Assembly (NCBI RefSeq): GCF_006345805.1
Contig: NC_042997.1
Coordinates: 66,030,001 to 66,094,000 of the forward strand
DNA length: 64,000 nt
Direction of reading: 5' to 3'
Source: Octopus sinensis
Lineage: Eukaryota
The notes below the pieces were generated by a model. That model searched no databases. It saw only the letters and a list, made by a program, of their open reading frames with translations, and was not told the DNA's origin. Shown here piece after piece: positions 28,200 through 39,382 of this stretch; the first letter of the stretch is position 1; every line of letters begins with the position of its first letter. Both the position numbers and the translations under genes were made by a program.

Positions 28200-28726
28200 G
28201 CCATCTCATAAATAATGTGCAATATGATATGCTTGAGAAGACTTGTTGAGTCAAGTAAAACCAATATTGTAGCTGTGGCTAGTGCCCCCTGACTAACTCC
28301 CATACCGGTGGCACATAAAAGGCACCATCCAAATGTGGTTAATGCCAGGTCTACCTGATTGGCTCCCATACTGGTGGCACATAAAGAGTACCATCTGAAT
28401 GTGGCCGATGCCAGTACCCCCTGACTGGCTCTCATGCCGGTGGCACATAAAAAGCACCATTCGAACATGCCTAATGCCAGTATCCCCTAACATGCTGCCA
28501 GTACCTATCTGAACATGATTGATGCTAGGCCCGCCTGACTAGCTCTTGTGCCAGTGGAAAGTAAAACACATCCACTACACTCTCAGAGTGGTTAGGAAGA
28601 GCATCCAGCTGTAGAATCATTGCCAGATCAGACTGGAGCTTGGTGCAGCCGTTGGCTCTCTAGACATCAGTCAAACTGTCCAACCCATGCCAACATGGAA
28701 AACGGACATTCAACGATGATGATGAC
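28200..28726 (+). mobile_element. RTE 3' UTR fragment with ~60-bp internal repeats, head-to-head with the previous element
   Basis: Repeated ccggtggcacataaaaagcaccat units; ends aacgatgatgatgac. Confidence 0.75.
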
Positions 28727-29057
28727 GGAAACGGAAAGTTACATTGCAAAACAGTCATTTTAATGAGTTGTATTTATTTACCACCCAATGAGATACATCT
28801 GCACCACCGGATGCTCCTGAACCAGTTGTTGAGTGACCCATCCATGAGGAATCGATGCTTGATGTGTCGAAACAATAGTCATGATTAATAATAAATTCTT
28901 GTATATTCCATCTTCAGTCTTTCATTTGGCATATATACATATATATATATACATATATATATAAATGAAAGAATGGAGTCGAACGACGATTTAACAAAAT
29001 TCCTTTATTCTCAACATATGTTTCGAAGACTGTATAAGTTTTTGTTCGTCATGATGC

Positions 29058-29173
29058 TGACATAAGTTCCTTGTCTTTCCTGATGAGAAGGCGGCATGAT
29101 GCACCCCTTATTCCTTCGGAATTAGGAATATACAGTCTTCGAAACATATGTTGAGAATAAAGGAATTTTGTTA
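29058..29173 (+). ncRNA. Type I hammerhead ribozyme fold, copy 1
   Basis: CTGATGA 29080-29086; stem II gaaggc/gtcttc; GAAA 29141-29144; palindromic stem III ACATATGT; predicted cleavage after GTT at 29152; stem I ttccttgtctttc/gagaataaaggaa with a 3x3 internal loop. Confidence 0.75.
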
Positions 29174-29360
29174 AATCGTCGTTCGACTACATTCTTTCAT
29201 TTATTTATAGTAAAAAAAAACCCACAAATTTCCACATGAAAGCACATGATCTCTGCCCTTGGCATGTAGCTTCAACCGTGTTTTCTGACGTGAATTTGCT
29301 ACCCAGGTATCGGTTAACCGAATTATCCATACTAGGATAATTCATTCAACTACTTAAATA

Positions 29361-29402
<42 letters not shown>

Positions 29403-29651
29403 TATATATATATATACCACATATATATATAGATATATATATATATATATACTAGCATTAAAGACCCGTCGTTGCCGGGTCATAGTGCTACTGCATGTAT
29501 ATATGTGTATATATATGTGTACATATTACATGTACATATATATATACATATATATATAATGAAAGAATGGAGTCGAACGACGATTTAACAAAATTCCTTT
29601 ATTCTCAACATATGTTTCGAAGACTGTATAAGTTTTTGTTCGTCATGATGC

Positions 29652-29767
29652 TGACATAAGTTCCTTGTCTTTCCTGATGAGAAGGCGGCATGATGCACCC
29701 CTTATTCCTTCGGAATTAGGAATATACAGTCTTCGAAACATATGTTGAGAATAAAGGAATTTTGTTA
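29652..29767 (+). ncRNA. Type I hammerhead ribozyme fold, copy 2
   Basis: Same sequence as copy 1 by eye: CTGATGA 29674-29680, GAAA 29735-29738, predicted cleavage after 29746. Confidence 0.75.
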
Positions 29768-29953
29768 AATCGTCGTTCGACTACATTCTTTCATTTATTT
29801 ATAGTAAAAAAAACCCACAAATTTCCACATGAAAGCACATGATCTCTGCCCTTGGCATGTAGCTTCAACCGTGTTTTCTGACGTGAATTTGCTACCCAGG
29901 TATCGGTTAACCGAATTATCCATACTAGGATAATTCATTCAACTACTTAAATA

Positions 29954-29999
<46 letters not shown>

Positions 30000-30014
30000 T
30001 ATATATATATATAC

Positions 30015-30048
<34 letters not shown>

Positions 30049-30049
<1 letters not shown>

Positions 30050-31067
30050 TAGCATTAAAGACCCGTCGTTGCCGGGTCATAGTGCTACTGCATGTATATA
30101 TGTGTATATATATGTGTACATATTACATGTACATCTATATATATACATCTACACATAAAATACAAAATACAAAGTTATATCTTGATATCGCTAGTGATAA
30201 CAATACTCAAAATATATAACAGACTGGAATTGTTAGTCCGTCTCTTGTAATTTTGATCAAGTGTATCTTGTCCTCCCTCTTGTATAGAAGTGTGGCTACA
30301 ATCCAGCCTACCTCTACTTTGGGGGGGCACATTTAAAATTTTTTTTCCGGGACGTCCTACATCCCAGATATAAAGGTAAAAATAAAATATTTCCACTTTG
30401 CAAGTTCGAGTCGAGTACTTCCTTGCACGTTCCATTGACTAGAACCTTGCTTCTATTGTGGCGAATTTACCGCCTTTGATTAGATACCTTTCATAGTTGC
30501 ACCAAGACACTTTTCAAAGGTGCTTTCCTCCATGTGTTCAAATCTTCTTTTTTTCTCTACATTGTATACTTTATAGACAATAGTCTTTCCTTTAATTTTT
30601 TATTATCCATCTGGACTATTCCATTTCTGCACGCTAATTTTATTTTTAATTTATTCCCATTCATGTGAAACCACTTATTCAAGTTTAAGTCATTGATGCA
30701 GTTTCATACCAATTGCTATTTTTACTTTTGTTATGTTACTTTAGTTTGATTTTAATTATTACTTACTACATATAATTCAATTGTTATTATTATTTTTATT
30801 GTTAAAGTGAAAGTATCTGACATAAAATAGAGAAACGTTTTTGTTTCACTTTTAACACGTAATACTGAAATAGTGGAGAAGATATGATATTGTTAGGCTC
30901 GCTCTAGGCAAGAAGTTGAACATTTTATGGCCGATGACACTCCCCGGACCCTAAGTAAGGCATGTGTAAAATTTGAATGAAATTGGTTGTGTAGTTCTCA
31001 AGTTTTAGGGAAACAGACAGACAGACAGACACACACACACACATTCTCAGTTTTATATATATAAAGA
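30049..31067 (-). mobile_element. Non-autonomous Helitron (~1.02 kb)
   Basis: Minus strand: A|TCTTTATATATATAAAA 5' end, (GT/CTGT)n near the 5' end, GC hairpin gacccg..cgggtc (30060-30078) 7 nt before terminal CTAG|T; inserted between A and T. Confidence 0.85.
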
Positions 31068-31420
31068 TATCTATATATATACATGTATTAATCCATCTGT
31101 GTACCAAGGTTTACTGTAAAGAGTGTACATATTTATACGTACAAGTGTTTCTATTTGTATTAAAATATACATGGGAAGCCATTAGAATAAAATTATGAAT
31201 ATTTATATATTCTGTGCACAAAACAGGCTTCTTTATGTATTTTCCTTGTAAAAGTAAATTTGATACTCTACTTAATTGTATGTATTCAGTGATCCTTCCA
31301 TCAATATTTCCCTGTTTTCATGTATACATAAAATGAAACGTTAATATAAATGTATTGTATTTATTTAAATGTAGGTGTTAGGGTGCATGTGATATATGTG
31401 GTGTGTGTAGAGAGTATGTA

Positions 31421-31465
<45 letters not shown>

Positions 31466-32589
31466 TAGCATCATCACCATGTAACATCCACAGGGATGGG
31501 ACTATATACATATATATACATAGGCATAATAGAACAGGCAGTCAGCATATATCAAATCAATTTAGAACACAAGTAAGCACACCCAACAACTAAATGAACA
31601 TATGCATACATATATAGATACATCATACATATATATATAGAGAGAGAGGTATCTATATGATGTATCTATATATGTATTTATATGTTCATTTACTTGTGTA
31701 TGTCTGTGTACATATATATATAAATGTGTGTGGATGAATGGATATACATAGATAGATAATTAGGTGCATGTAATATATATATATATATACTAGTGAGTGG
31801 ACAAATAAAAGAAAATGGCACTCAACACATTTAGTAGGAGTTACATATATTATTATTTAAAACAGTTTGATTCATTTCCATGCAGCTTAAAGATTCACAG
31901 GCTTCTTATGGAAACCTAGCTCTGTCAGGCTCAGATAATTTTCTGTATCTCTTCATACAGTCATCTGAGCCTGAGTGAGTTAGCTTTCTGGGAAAAGCGT
32001 GAGAAACTTCAAGTCTCACAGAGCCAAATCAAATTGTTTTAAATGATATATATATATATATTGTTGCTATTATGTAAAACTGTTGCATGTCCAAATTTAG
32101 CAAAATGTGTCTTTTTTTCAGTATCTAATTTTGCTTGCAATAGCCAGTTCTTTTGATCAAACTATCGTATCTCCAGCTGCTTCAAATACCAAGATATGAA
32201 AATTGTCAAAGTGTAGTAAGTCCCACATACAACAGCATTTCAAAAATATTTTTGACTGAAAATATCATACATGCACAGAGTTACAATACAATATGATTGT
32301 TAAGCTGAAACTATTGCTAATGTAAAAAGAAAGGGAATGGTGAAACCCCTTTCTCATATACTGAAAAAGCAAAGTTTTGGACTTATGACACTTTTGCATA
32401 ATAGCAATGATATATATATATATATATAATATATATATATATATTATTTCTATTATTATTTGACTGAACGCCACGCATCCATTTCCCAGTAAGTTTATCT
32501 TTATGATGCGACTCTGCTCTATACTGTTTTCTCTCTCATCCTTTCTCTAATTCCCTTTTTTCCTCCCCTTCATTGTTTTCTATCTGTCC

Positions 32590-32620
<31 letters not shown>

Positions 32621-33119
32621 TTTATTTCTTTTGTTGCTCACATGTGACCATCATCCATCTTTCTCTTCCTGACTTCATCATCTTTCTTCTCTTTCACGAC
32701 TGTTATAAGGACAGCACGTATCCCTCTCTCTCTTATATCTTTTCTCTTGTCAAAGAAGATATTTCTCCAGCGTTCCCTATTTTTAATCTCGTTCAGGTCT
32801 AACAACCCTCAATGTTTGTTTCCGTTCGGTTTCCATGTATGTCTCCACTGTCCTGTTTTTGCTCCCACCTTTGACCCTGCATAAGTTCCAAATTTCATTT
32901 TGGTATGTATGGGAGCAACTGTCTTCAAAACTCATGTCGTTGTTCAATGCTCAAAGAGAGGAGTAGACAGCCGACAACTGACGAAGGGTTGTTCTTTATG
33001 TTACTTGTCCTGTTTCTCATTTGTTTCTCTTGTTGTTTGCATACTGAACTCATTTACTTTCATATTTCATGTTGTTTACTGTTTGGTGATGTCCTGTACC
33101 CATATATGTATGTTTGTAC

Positions 33120-33172
<53 letters not shown>

Positions 33173-33374
33173 TTATACAAGCTGGTGTACCCGGTAATTC
33201 CTGGGGCTAAAGATGTTCTTTTGAAATGCCTTATTACTCTGATATAAGAAAGCAATTTCATAATAACTGCCACAAAAGGTGAATTTTTGTATTTTCCGTC
33301 ACGAAAAGTACAAAAAACTGTCAGCTGGAGGAGAACGAGATTGTTAGAGGAGGAGGGAGAGATTGCCTATCAAA

Positions 33375-33957
33375 TCTTTTCAGAGTTGCCTCCCTTAGGT
33401 ATTTTCCATTGATAAAAGCCAACTATCTAGAAGCATCAATGTCTGGGAATCTTCATAGATAGCAGCACTGAACAGATAGAGCGTTTTTACTACTTTTTAC
33501 CATGAGAGAAAAATTTTCTCTAATGGTAACTGCATTGCCTTTTAACAGTCGAAATACATCACAGACATTTTTTCACAACCCTAAACTTTGCTTGTGCCCA
33601 AACACTGCTTGGCACTAATATTTTGGTAATTTCCACAATCTGGCAATCTACCAGCGCAAATTAGTCAATGTTGTTGACTGTATTTTGCATAAAGCTATTG
33701 CTTCATAAGATCTGTTCAGAATTGCCTCTCTTAAGTACTTCCCAATGATAAAAGCCAACGAGCTAGAAACATTGATGTCTGGGAATCCTGATAGATTTCA
33801 ACACTGCATAGATAGAGTGTTTTCAAACCTTTTTACCATAAGAGAAAATTTTTCTCTGTGGTAACTGCAGTGAATTTGCTTTTTAGCAGTTGAAATATGT
33901 CACAAACATATTTTAACTAACCTAAACTTTGCTTATACCTAAACACTGCTTGGCAGT
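33375..33957. repeat. Diverged tandem duplication, period ~336 bp
   Basis: gataaaagccaac..gatgtctgggaatc..ctaaactttgctt..aaacactgcttggca at 33411 and 33747; roughly 80% identical by eye. Confidence 0.85.
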
Positions 33958-33961
33958 TACA

Positions 33962-34025
33962 TGTATGAAGGTGGATCTGAAAGTAATGCTAATAAAAAAT
34001 TGCATTACTTTCTGACTCGCCATTC
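33962..34025. mobile_element. ~65-bp mariner TIR-only remnant
   Basis: gaaagtaatgc / gcattactttc inverted around a 12-nt spacer, TIR-like tatgaaggtggatc start. Confidence 0.55.
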
Positions 34026-36504
34026 TACACACACATACTCCACCACCACCACCTTCTTTTAGCATCCAATTCCCATTTGCCAGGTTCAGTTCCACTGCAT
34101 GGTATATTGGAAAAGTGTGTACTAATGTAGTCCCAGGCCAACCAAAGCCTTATGAGCAGATTTGGTAGATGAAAACTAAAAGCTCATTTCGTGTGTGTGT
34201 GTGCATGTGTCTTTGTATTTGTGTTTGCCCCACCACCACCACTTCACAACCAGAGTTGGCTTTTTTTAACATCCCCATAGCTTAGCAATTCAGTAAAAAA
34301 AAAAGATCATCAAAATAAGTACCAGGCAGTGCCCCAGTATGGCTGCAAACCTATGACAGAGAGTAAAAGATAAAAGATATCCATGAGTGTGAAGATGTGT
34401 TTGTGAGAGAGAGTGAGTGAGTGATTGTGTGTGTGTGTGTGTGTAGATGTATGCATGCATGTGGGTGGGTGGGTGCAGGTGTGCATGTGCGCACATTGTG
34501 TACGAAATTCTAGACAAATTATTGCAACTCCAGACAACATCACCATGAACTATTGGTTCTCTCATCTCTAATATTTATCAATCTTTATGATTGACCTTTT
34601 CAAATGAACAGTCAATGTCATTTTACTTAGACAATGCCAATATAATACATTCCCATTAATTAATTATAACACTGATTTAGATCAGTTAGTTGCATACTGA
34701 TGCTTTATAATTCAGCACAGATCTCTCAAGTTAGAGGACAGAATAAATTAGTATTATCCTTCTTCTTCCCAGGTGAATCATGAAATTGTTTTGACTAGTA
34801 ATTGAAACTAACCCACAGTTCCAATCGATGAAATCTTCTTTCACTGCCATCCCCTGTGTTTGTTAACACATTAAAAGAATTGCTATAGTTTTTCTTAGCA
34901 GATGTGGACATTAAGTCCTTCAGAGACTGCTTGAATATAAACTGGTGCCAAATAGTTGCCAAATAGTTGCTATGAACTTTCAGATAAAGAAGAAGCAGCA
35001 GAGCAACATAGTAAGGAAGACTGATGACCAGTTTTTTGGTTAATCTTTTGACCGATTCATGCTTAACAACAAGAGAAACTCTGAGAAGAGTAACACAGAG
35101 AGAATGAATTTTTAATCCTTTGGCATTTAAGCTGACCATATTCTACCTGTTTTTATGCTCAAACTGACCAAACCCTGCCTCTCACACCTACCCAACAATG
35201 ACATTCTAAAAATAAACAAACACATTATCGAAATTTCAAAGCTAAGGGATAATGTGAATAAATAAGCATTACATTTGAGAGGGGAACCTGAATGTTAAAG
35301 GGTTAAAAAAATTATACAAACAGCATACTTGATCTGAAAAAGTTTTCAAACTCACTCTGAGAGTAAAGGATCAATATCAATAGCTACCGATCAGTAACTG
35401 CAGAGGCACATTGCTTAATGATTAGGATGTTGGGATTCATGAACATGAGACTGTGGTTTTAATTCCTGGACCAGGTGATGCATTGTGTTCTTGAGCAAAA
35501 TACTTCATTTCCTGTTGTTCCAGCTCACTCAGCTGCCAAAAATGACCAATCCTGCAACATGCTAGCTTCCTGAGCAGGTGGGGAATATATATGTTATGGA
35601 AACCAGCTCTATTAGTTTACATGACTTGGGAAAGGATTCGTAATTTCCTTTTTTTATTCAGCACAAAATGTGAACTCATGTCCAAAAGAAGTTTTGGTGA
35701 CAAAATCAAGTGTTCCTTATTGTAGCACACCGTACAGGGATGACTGTGTATTTAAAACGTTTGCTTCCCAGTTACATGGGTTTAGGTTTAGTTCTGCTGC
35801 ACAGCAATTCGGTTCCACATAGAGTGGAACCTCTATATATGAATTAGATTCATTCCTGAAAGCTGTTCATCACCTGCAATGTTTGTACACTGGAAATATT
35901 CTTTCCATAAGAAATTCAAAATAGGCACAGTCAGTTCAAGCAGGGATGTGCCATGAGTGAAAGCCAGACAGCAACTGATTCTCTCTTTCTGATACTCCCA
36001 GTTTGTTGCCAGCTGTGGCTGCCAGCTTGCATATTGGTTACTCGAGATACTATTCATCACCCGAGACATTTTATGTAAACTGATTTGTTTATAATGAAAG
36101 CTATTCATATACCAAGATGTCACTGTGTGTATGTGTACATGTGTGTGTATTTATATCCTTTAAGTTCATTTATCGGAAACATTTTGAACATGCATATAAA
36201 AGCCCCTATCCTCTTATGCTGGCTACAGCTTTATGGTGCCAAACTGGCTTAAACATCTTTTGGGGGTTGCAGTGATCTGTGCTAATATAATGCAGGATGA
36301 ATATAGTAATAACAATAATAATTCTTGGATGAAATTTATAAATATTTTGATGTGTCTTTATGTGCATTTCCACAAATGACATATTTCTTAAGAATATGGA
36401 CAATGATCTTAAGAAACATGTGATTTGTGTAAATGCGCTTAGCGATGCATTAGAATATTCATAAATTCCATCCAAGGATTATAATAGCTATTACTATATA
36501 TATA

Positions 36505-38103
36505 TACGAAAATTTAACCTTTTAGGCTACTTTCAAGCCTTCGCCATAACTTGATTTATCTTTCTATCTCTCTCTCTACAAAATTTAACCTTAGGCCAGG
36601 CTACCTCAAGCCGTAATCCTATCTCTTCCCATCTTTCAGCCATTTGGCGGTCTTTTTTTCCTCCTCTCACCATTACGATTCTATAATTTAAATTCCCAAT
36701 TCAATTTCAACTCCCGTTCGATGTCCGCAGCAAGTTCTTAAAAATTTATCTTACTATTTTATTCGTTGTTACTACGTTTCTTCATACATTGTTACGAAAA
36801 ATTTAACCTTTTAGGCTACTTTCAAGCCCGCGCATAACTTGATTTATCTTTCTATCTCTCTCTCTACAAAATTTAACCTTAGGCCAGGCTACTCAAGCCG
36901 TAATCCTATCTCTTCCCATCTTTCAGCCATTGGCGGTCTTTTTTTCCTCCTCTCACCATTACGATTCTATAATTTAAATTCCCAATTCAATTTCAACTCC
37001 CGTTCGATGTCCGCAGCAAGTTCTTAAAAATTTATCTTACTATTTTATTCGTTGTTACTACGTTTCTTCATACATTGTTACGAAAAATTTAACCTTTTAG
37101 GCTACTTTCAAGCCTTCGCCATAACTTGATTTATCTTTCTATCTCTCTCTCTACAAAATTTAACCTTAGGCCAGGCTACCTCAAGCCGTAATCCTATCTC
37201 TTCCCATCTTTCAGCCATTTGGCGGTCTTTTTTTCCTCCTCTCACCATTACGATTCTATAATTTAATTCCCATTCAATTTCAACTCCCGTTCGATGTCCG
37301 CAGCAAGTTCTTAAAAATTTATATACTATTTTATTCGTTGTTACTACGTTTCTTCATACATTGTTACGAAAATTTAACCTTTTAGGCTACTTTCAAGCCT
37401 CGCCATAACTTGATTTATCTTTCTATCTCTCTCTCTACAAAATTTAACCTTAGGCCAGGCTACCTCAAGCCGTAATCCTATCTCTTCCCATCTTTCAGCC
37501 ATTGGCGGTCTTTTTTTCCTCCTCTCACATTACGATTCTATAATTTAAATTCCCAATTCAATTTCAACTCCCGTTCGATGTCCGCAGCAAGTTCTTAAAA
37601 ATTTATCTTACTATTTTATTCGTTGTTACTACGTTTCTTCATACATTGTTACGAAAATTTAACCTTTTAGGCTACTTTCAAGCCTTCGCCATAACTTGAT
37701 TTATCTTTCTATCTCTCTCTCTACAAAATTTAACCTTAGGCCAGGCTACCTCAAGCCGTAATCCTATCTCTTCCCATCTTTCAGCCATTTGGCGGTCTTT
37801 TTTTCCTCCTCTCACCATTACGATTCTATATAATTTAATTCCCAATTCAATTTCAACTCCCGTTCGATGTCCGCAGCAAGTTCTTAAAAATTTATCTTAC
37901 TATTTTATTCGTTGTTACTACGTTTCTTCATACATTGTTACGAAAATTTAACCTTTTAGGCTACTTTCAAGCCTTCGCCATAACTTGATTTATCTTTCTA
38001 TCTCTCTCTCTACAAAATTTAACCTTAGGCCAGGCTACCTCAAGCCGTAATCCTATCTCTTCCCATCTCTTCCCATCTCTTCCCATCTTTCAGCCATTGG
38101 CGG
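36505..38103. repeat. Tandem array, ~5.6 copies of a 285-289 bp unit
   Basis: Unit starts (tacgaaaa) at 36505, 36793, 37079, 37365, 37650, 37939; copies differ mostly by 1-nt homopolymer indels. Confidence 0.97.
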
Positions 38104-38770
38104 TGCGCCCGCCCCCCCACCCCCACCACCAATACCGATGAACATGTTCTCACCCCCACCACCAATACCGGTGAACACTGTTCCTCACCTCCCACCACCA
38201 ATACCAGTATACCCTGTCCTCACCATCTACACCGGATACGCCTTACTCATCTACACCGGGTACGCCCTACCCCCTCCCCCCACTACCCCTTCTCCTCATA
38301 TGCTTTCACTGTGAAAAGACAAGCTGCTAGCGCCATAGCTCATCAACTGCCCACCGATCTTATGCTTCCTCCTGACACTGCCTCATTCCCTCCCGCCTCG
38401 TAATATCCTATGTTTTTATTTCTTAGGAACCTACACCAACCTTTCTGCCATCGTTCCTCCTTACCCCAAACCTTCCCCACTGGTTGCTCCCCTATATTAC
38501 CCGCCTCAACTGGACCCCCCCTCTCCCCAACTCAACTCTCGAATATTGTATTCTTTCCTCTACCTAATAACGTTACTCAGTGACGATAACGAATGTCTTT
38601 ATTCTTAGGAACCTACACCAACCCTTCCTGCCATCGTTCCTCCTTACCCCAACCTTCCCCACTGGTTGCCCTCCTATATTACCCGCCTCAACTGGACCTC
38701 CCCCTCCCCAACTCAACTCTAGATATCTGTATTCTTTCCTCTACCTAATTACGTTACTCAGTGATGATAA
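38104..38770. repeat. C-rich VNTR (~3 x 33 bp, 2 x ~22 bp) followed by a 2 x 182 bp direct repeat
   Basis: ccaccaccaatacc repeated three times; atctacaccgg twice; tcttaggaacctacacc at 38421 and 38603. Confidence 0.9.
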
Positions 38771-39158
38771 ATGCTGTGACTACAAAGACCCGGGCTGCTT
38801 TCTGCAGCAATTCCACATACCCCCTACTCATTCTAAGTACCCCGGATCCCCAAAGTACCCTGGATCCCCAAAGTACCCCGGACCTCGTTGCCCATGTGCC
38901 GCTGACACGTTAAAATGCTCGAACCGATCGTGACGATGCCGGACCCTCCGGCCCCTGTGCAGGTGGCACGTAAAAAGCACCCAATCCACTCACGGAGTGG
39001 TTGGCGTTAGGAAGGGCATCCAGCCGTAGAAACTCTGCCAGATTCAGACTGGAGCCTGGTGCGGCCCCTGGCTTCCCAGACCCGGTCAAACCGTCCAACC
39101 CGTGCTAGCGCGGAAAGCGGACGTTAAACGATGATGATGATGATGATGATGATGATAT
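38768..39158 (+). mobile_element. RTE-type LINE 3' end with (GAT)n tail, young
   Basis: ggtggcacgtaaaaagcacc..ttaggaagggcatccagc..ccaacccgtgctagc..cgttaaacgatgatgat, same as the other RTE tails in the window; CpGs intact. Confidence 0.85.
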
Positions 39159-39162
39159 ATAT

Positions 39163-39382
39163 ATATGGGGTGTCCACAAAAACACTCCCTAATTTCATGA
39201 TGCTATGATATCTCAAGTAATTCAAATATATTGATAAATCTGCTATCCACAGATTCCCTAACAATAATATTTTCATTTATTTTCTGGTGACTTATCATCA
39301 TGAATGTGAGCAGAAGGAAATCCAATATGGCCACCACCCCACAGCAACGTGGCTGGGAGTGTTTTTGTGGACACACTGCATA
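39163..39382. mobile_element. Tc1/mariner MITE
   Basis: TIRs gtgtccacaaaaacactccc / gggagtgtttttgtggacac, TA flanks. Confidence 0.85.

Larger units (their letters stand above)
28940..30140. repeat. Near-identical tandem duplication, period ~594 bp (palindromic hammerhead element + (TA)n + Helitron 3' end)
   Basis: Copies differ only in homopolymer and (TA)n length; breakpoints lie in TACATATA-type microsatellite. Confidence 0.95.

Noticed and set aside
32921-32990. Type II hammerhead order (cttcaaaac..gtc..ctgacga)
   Set aside because: GAAA is mutated, stem II cannot close after CTGACGA, and stem I would consume C3; at most a Penelope-like fossil.
34795-35139. 114-aa minus-strand ORF as an exon
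   Set aside because: It starts inside a piggyBac MITE; the best acceptor gives an asymmetric exon; exons B and C already join directly into a clean UBX start.
36505-38103. 287-bp array as CRISPR, tRNA/5S cluster or ribozyme array
   Set aside because: There are no unique spacers; gttcgatgt is not a full B box and there is no cloverleaf; no CTGANGA correctly placed relative to GAAA on either strand.
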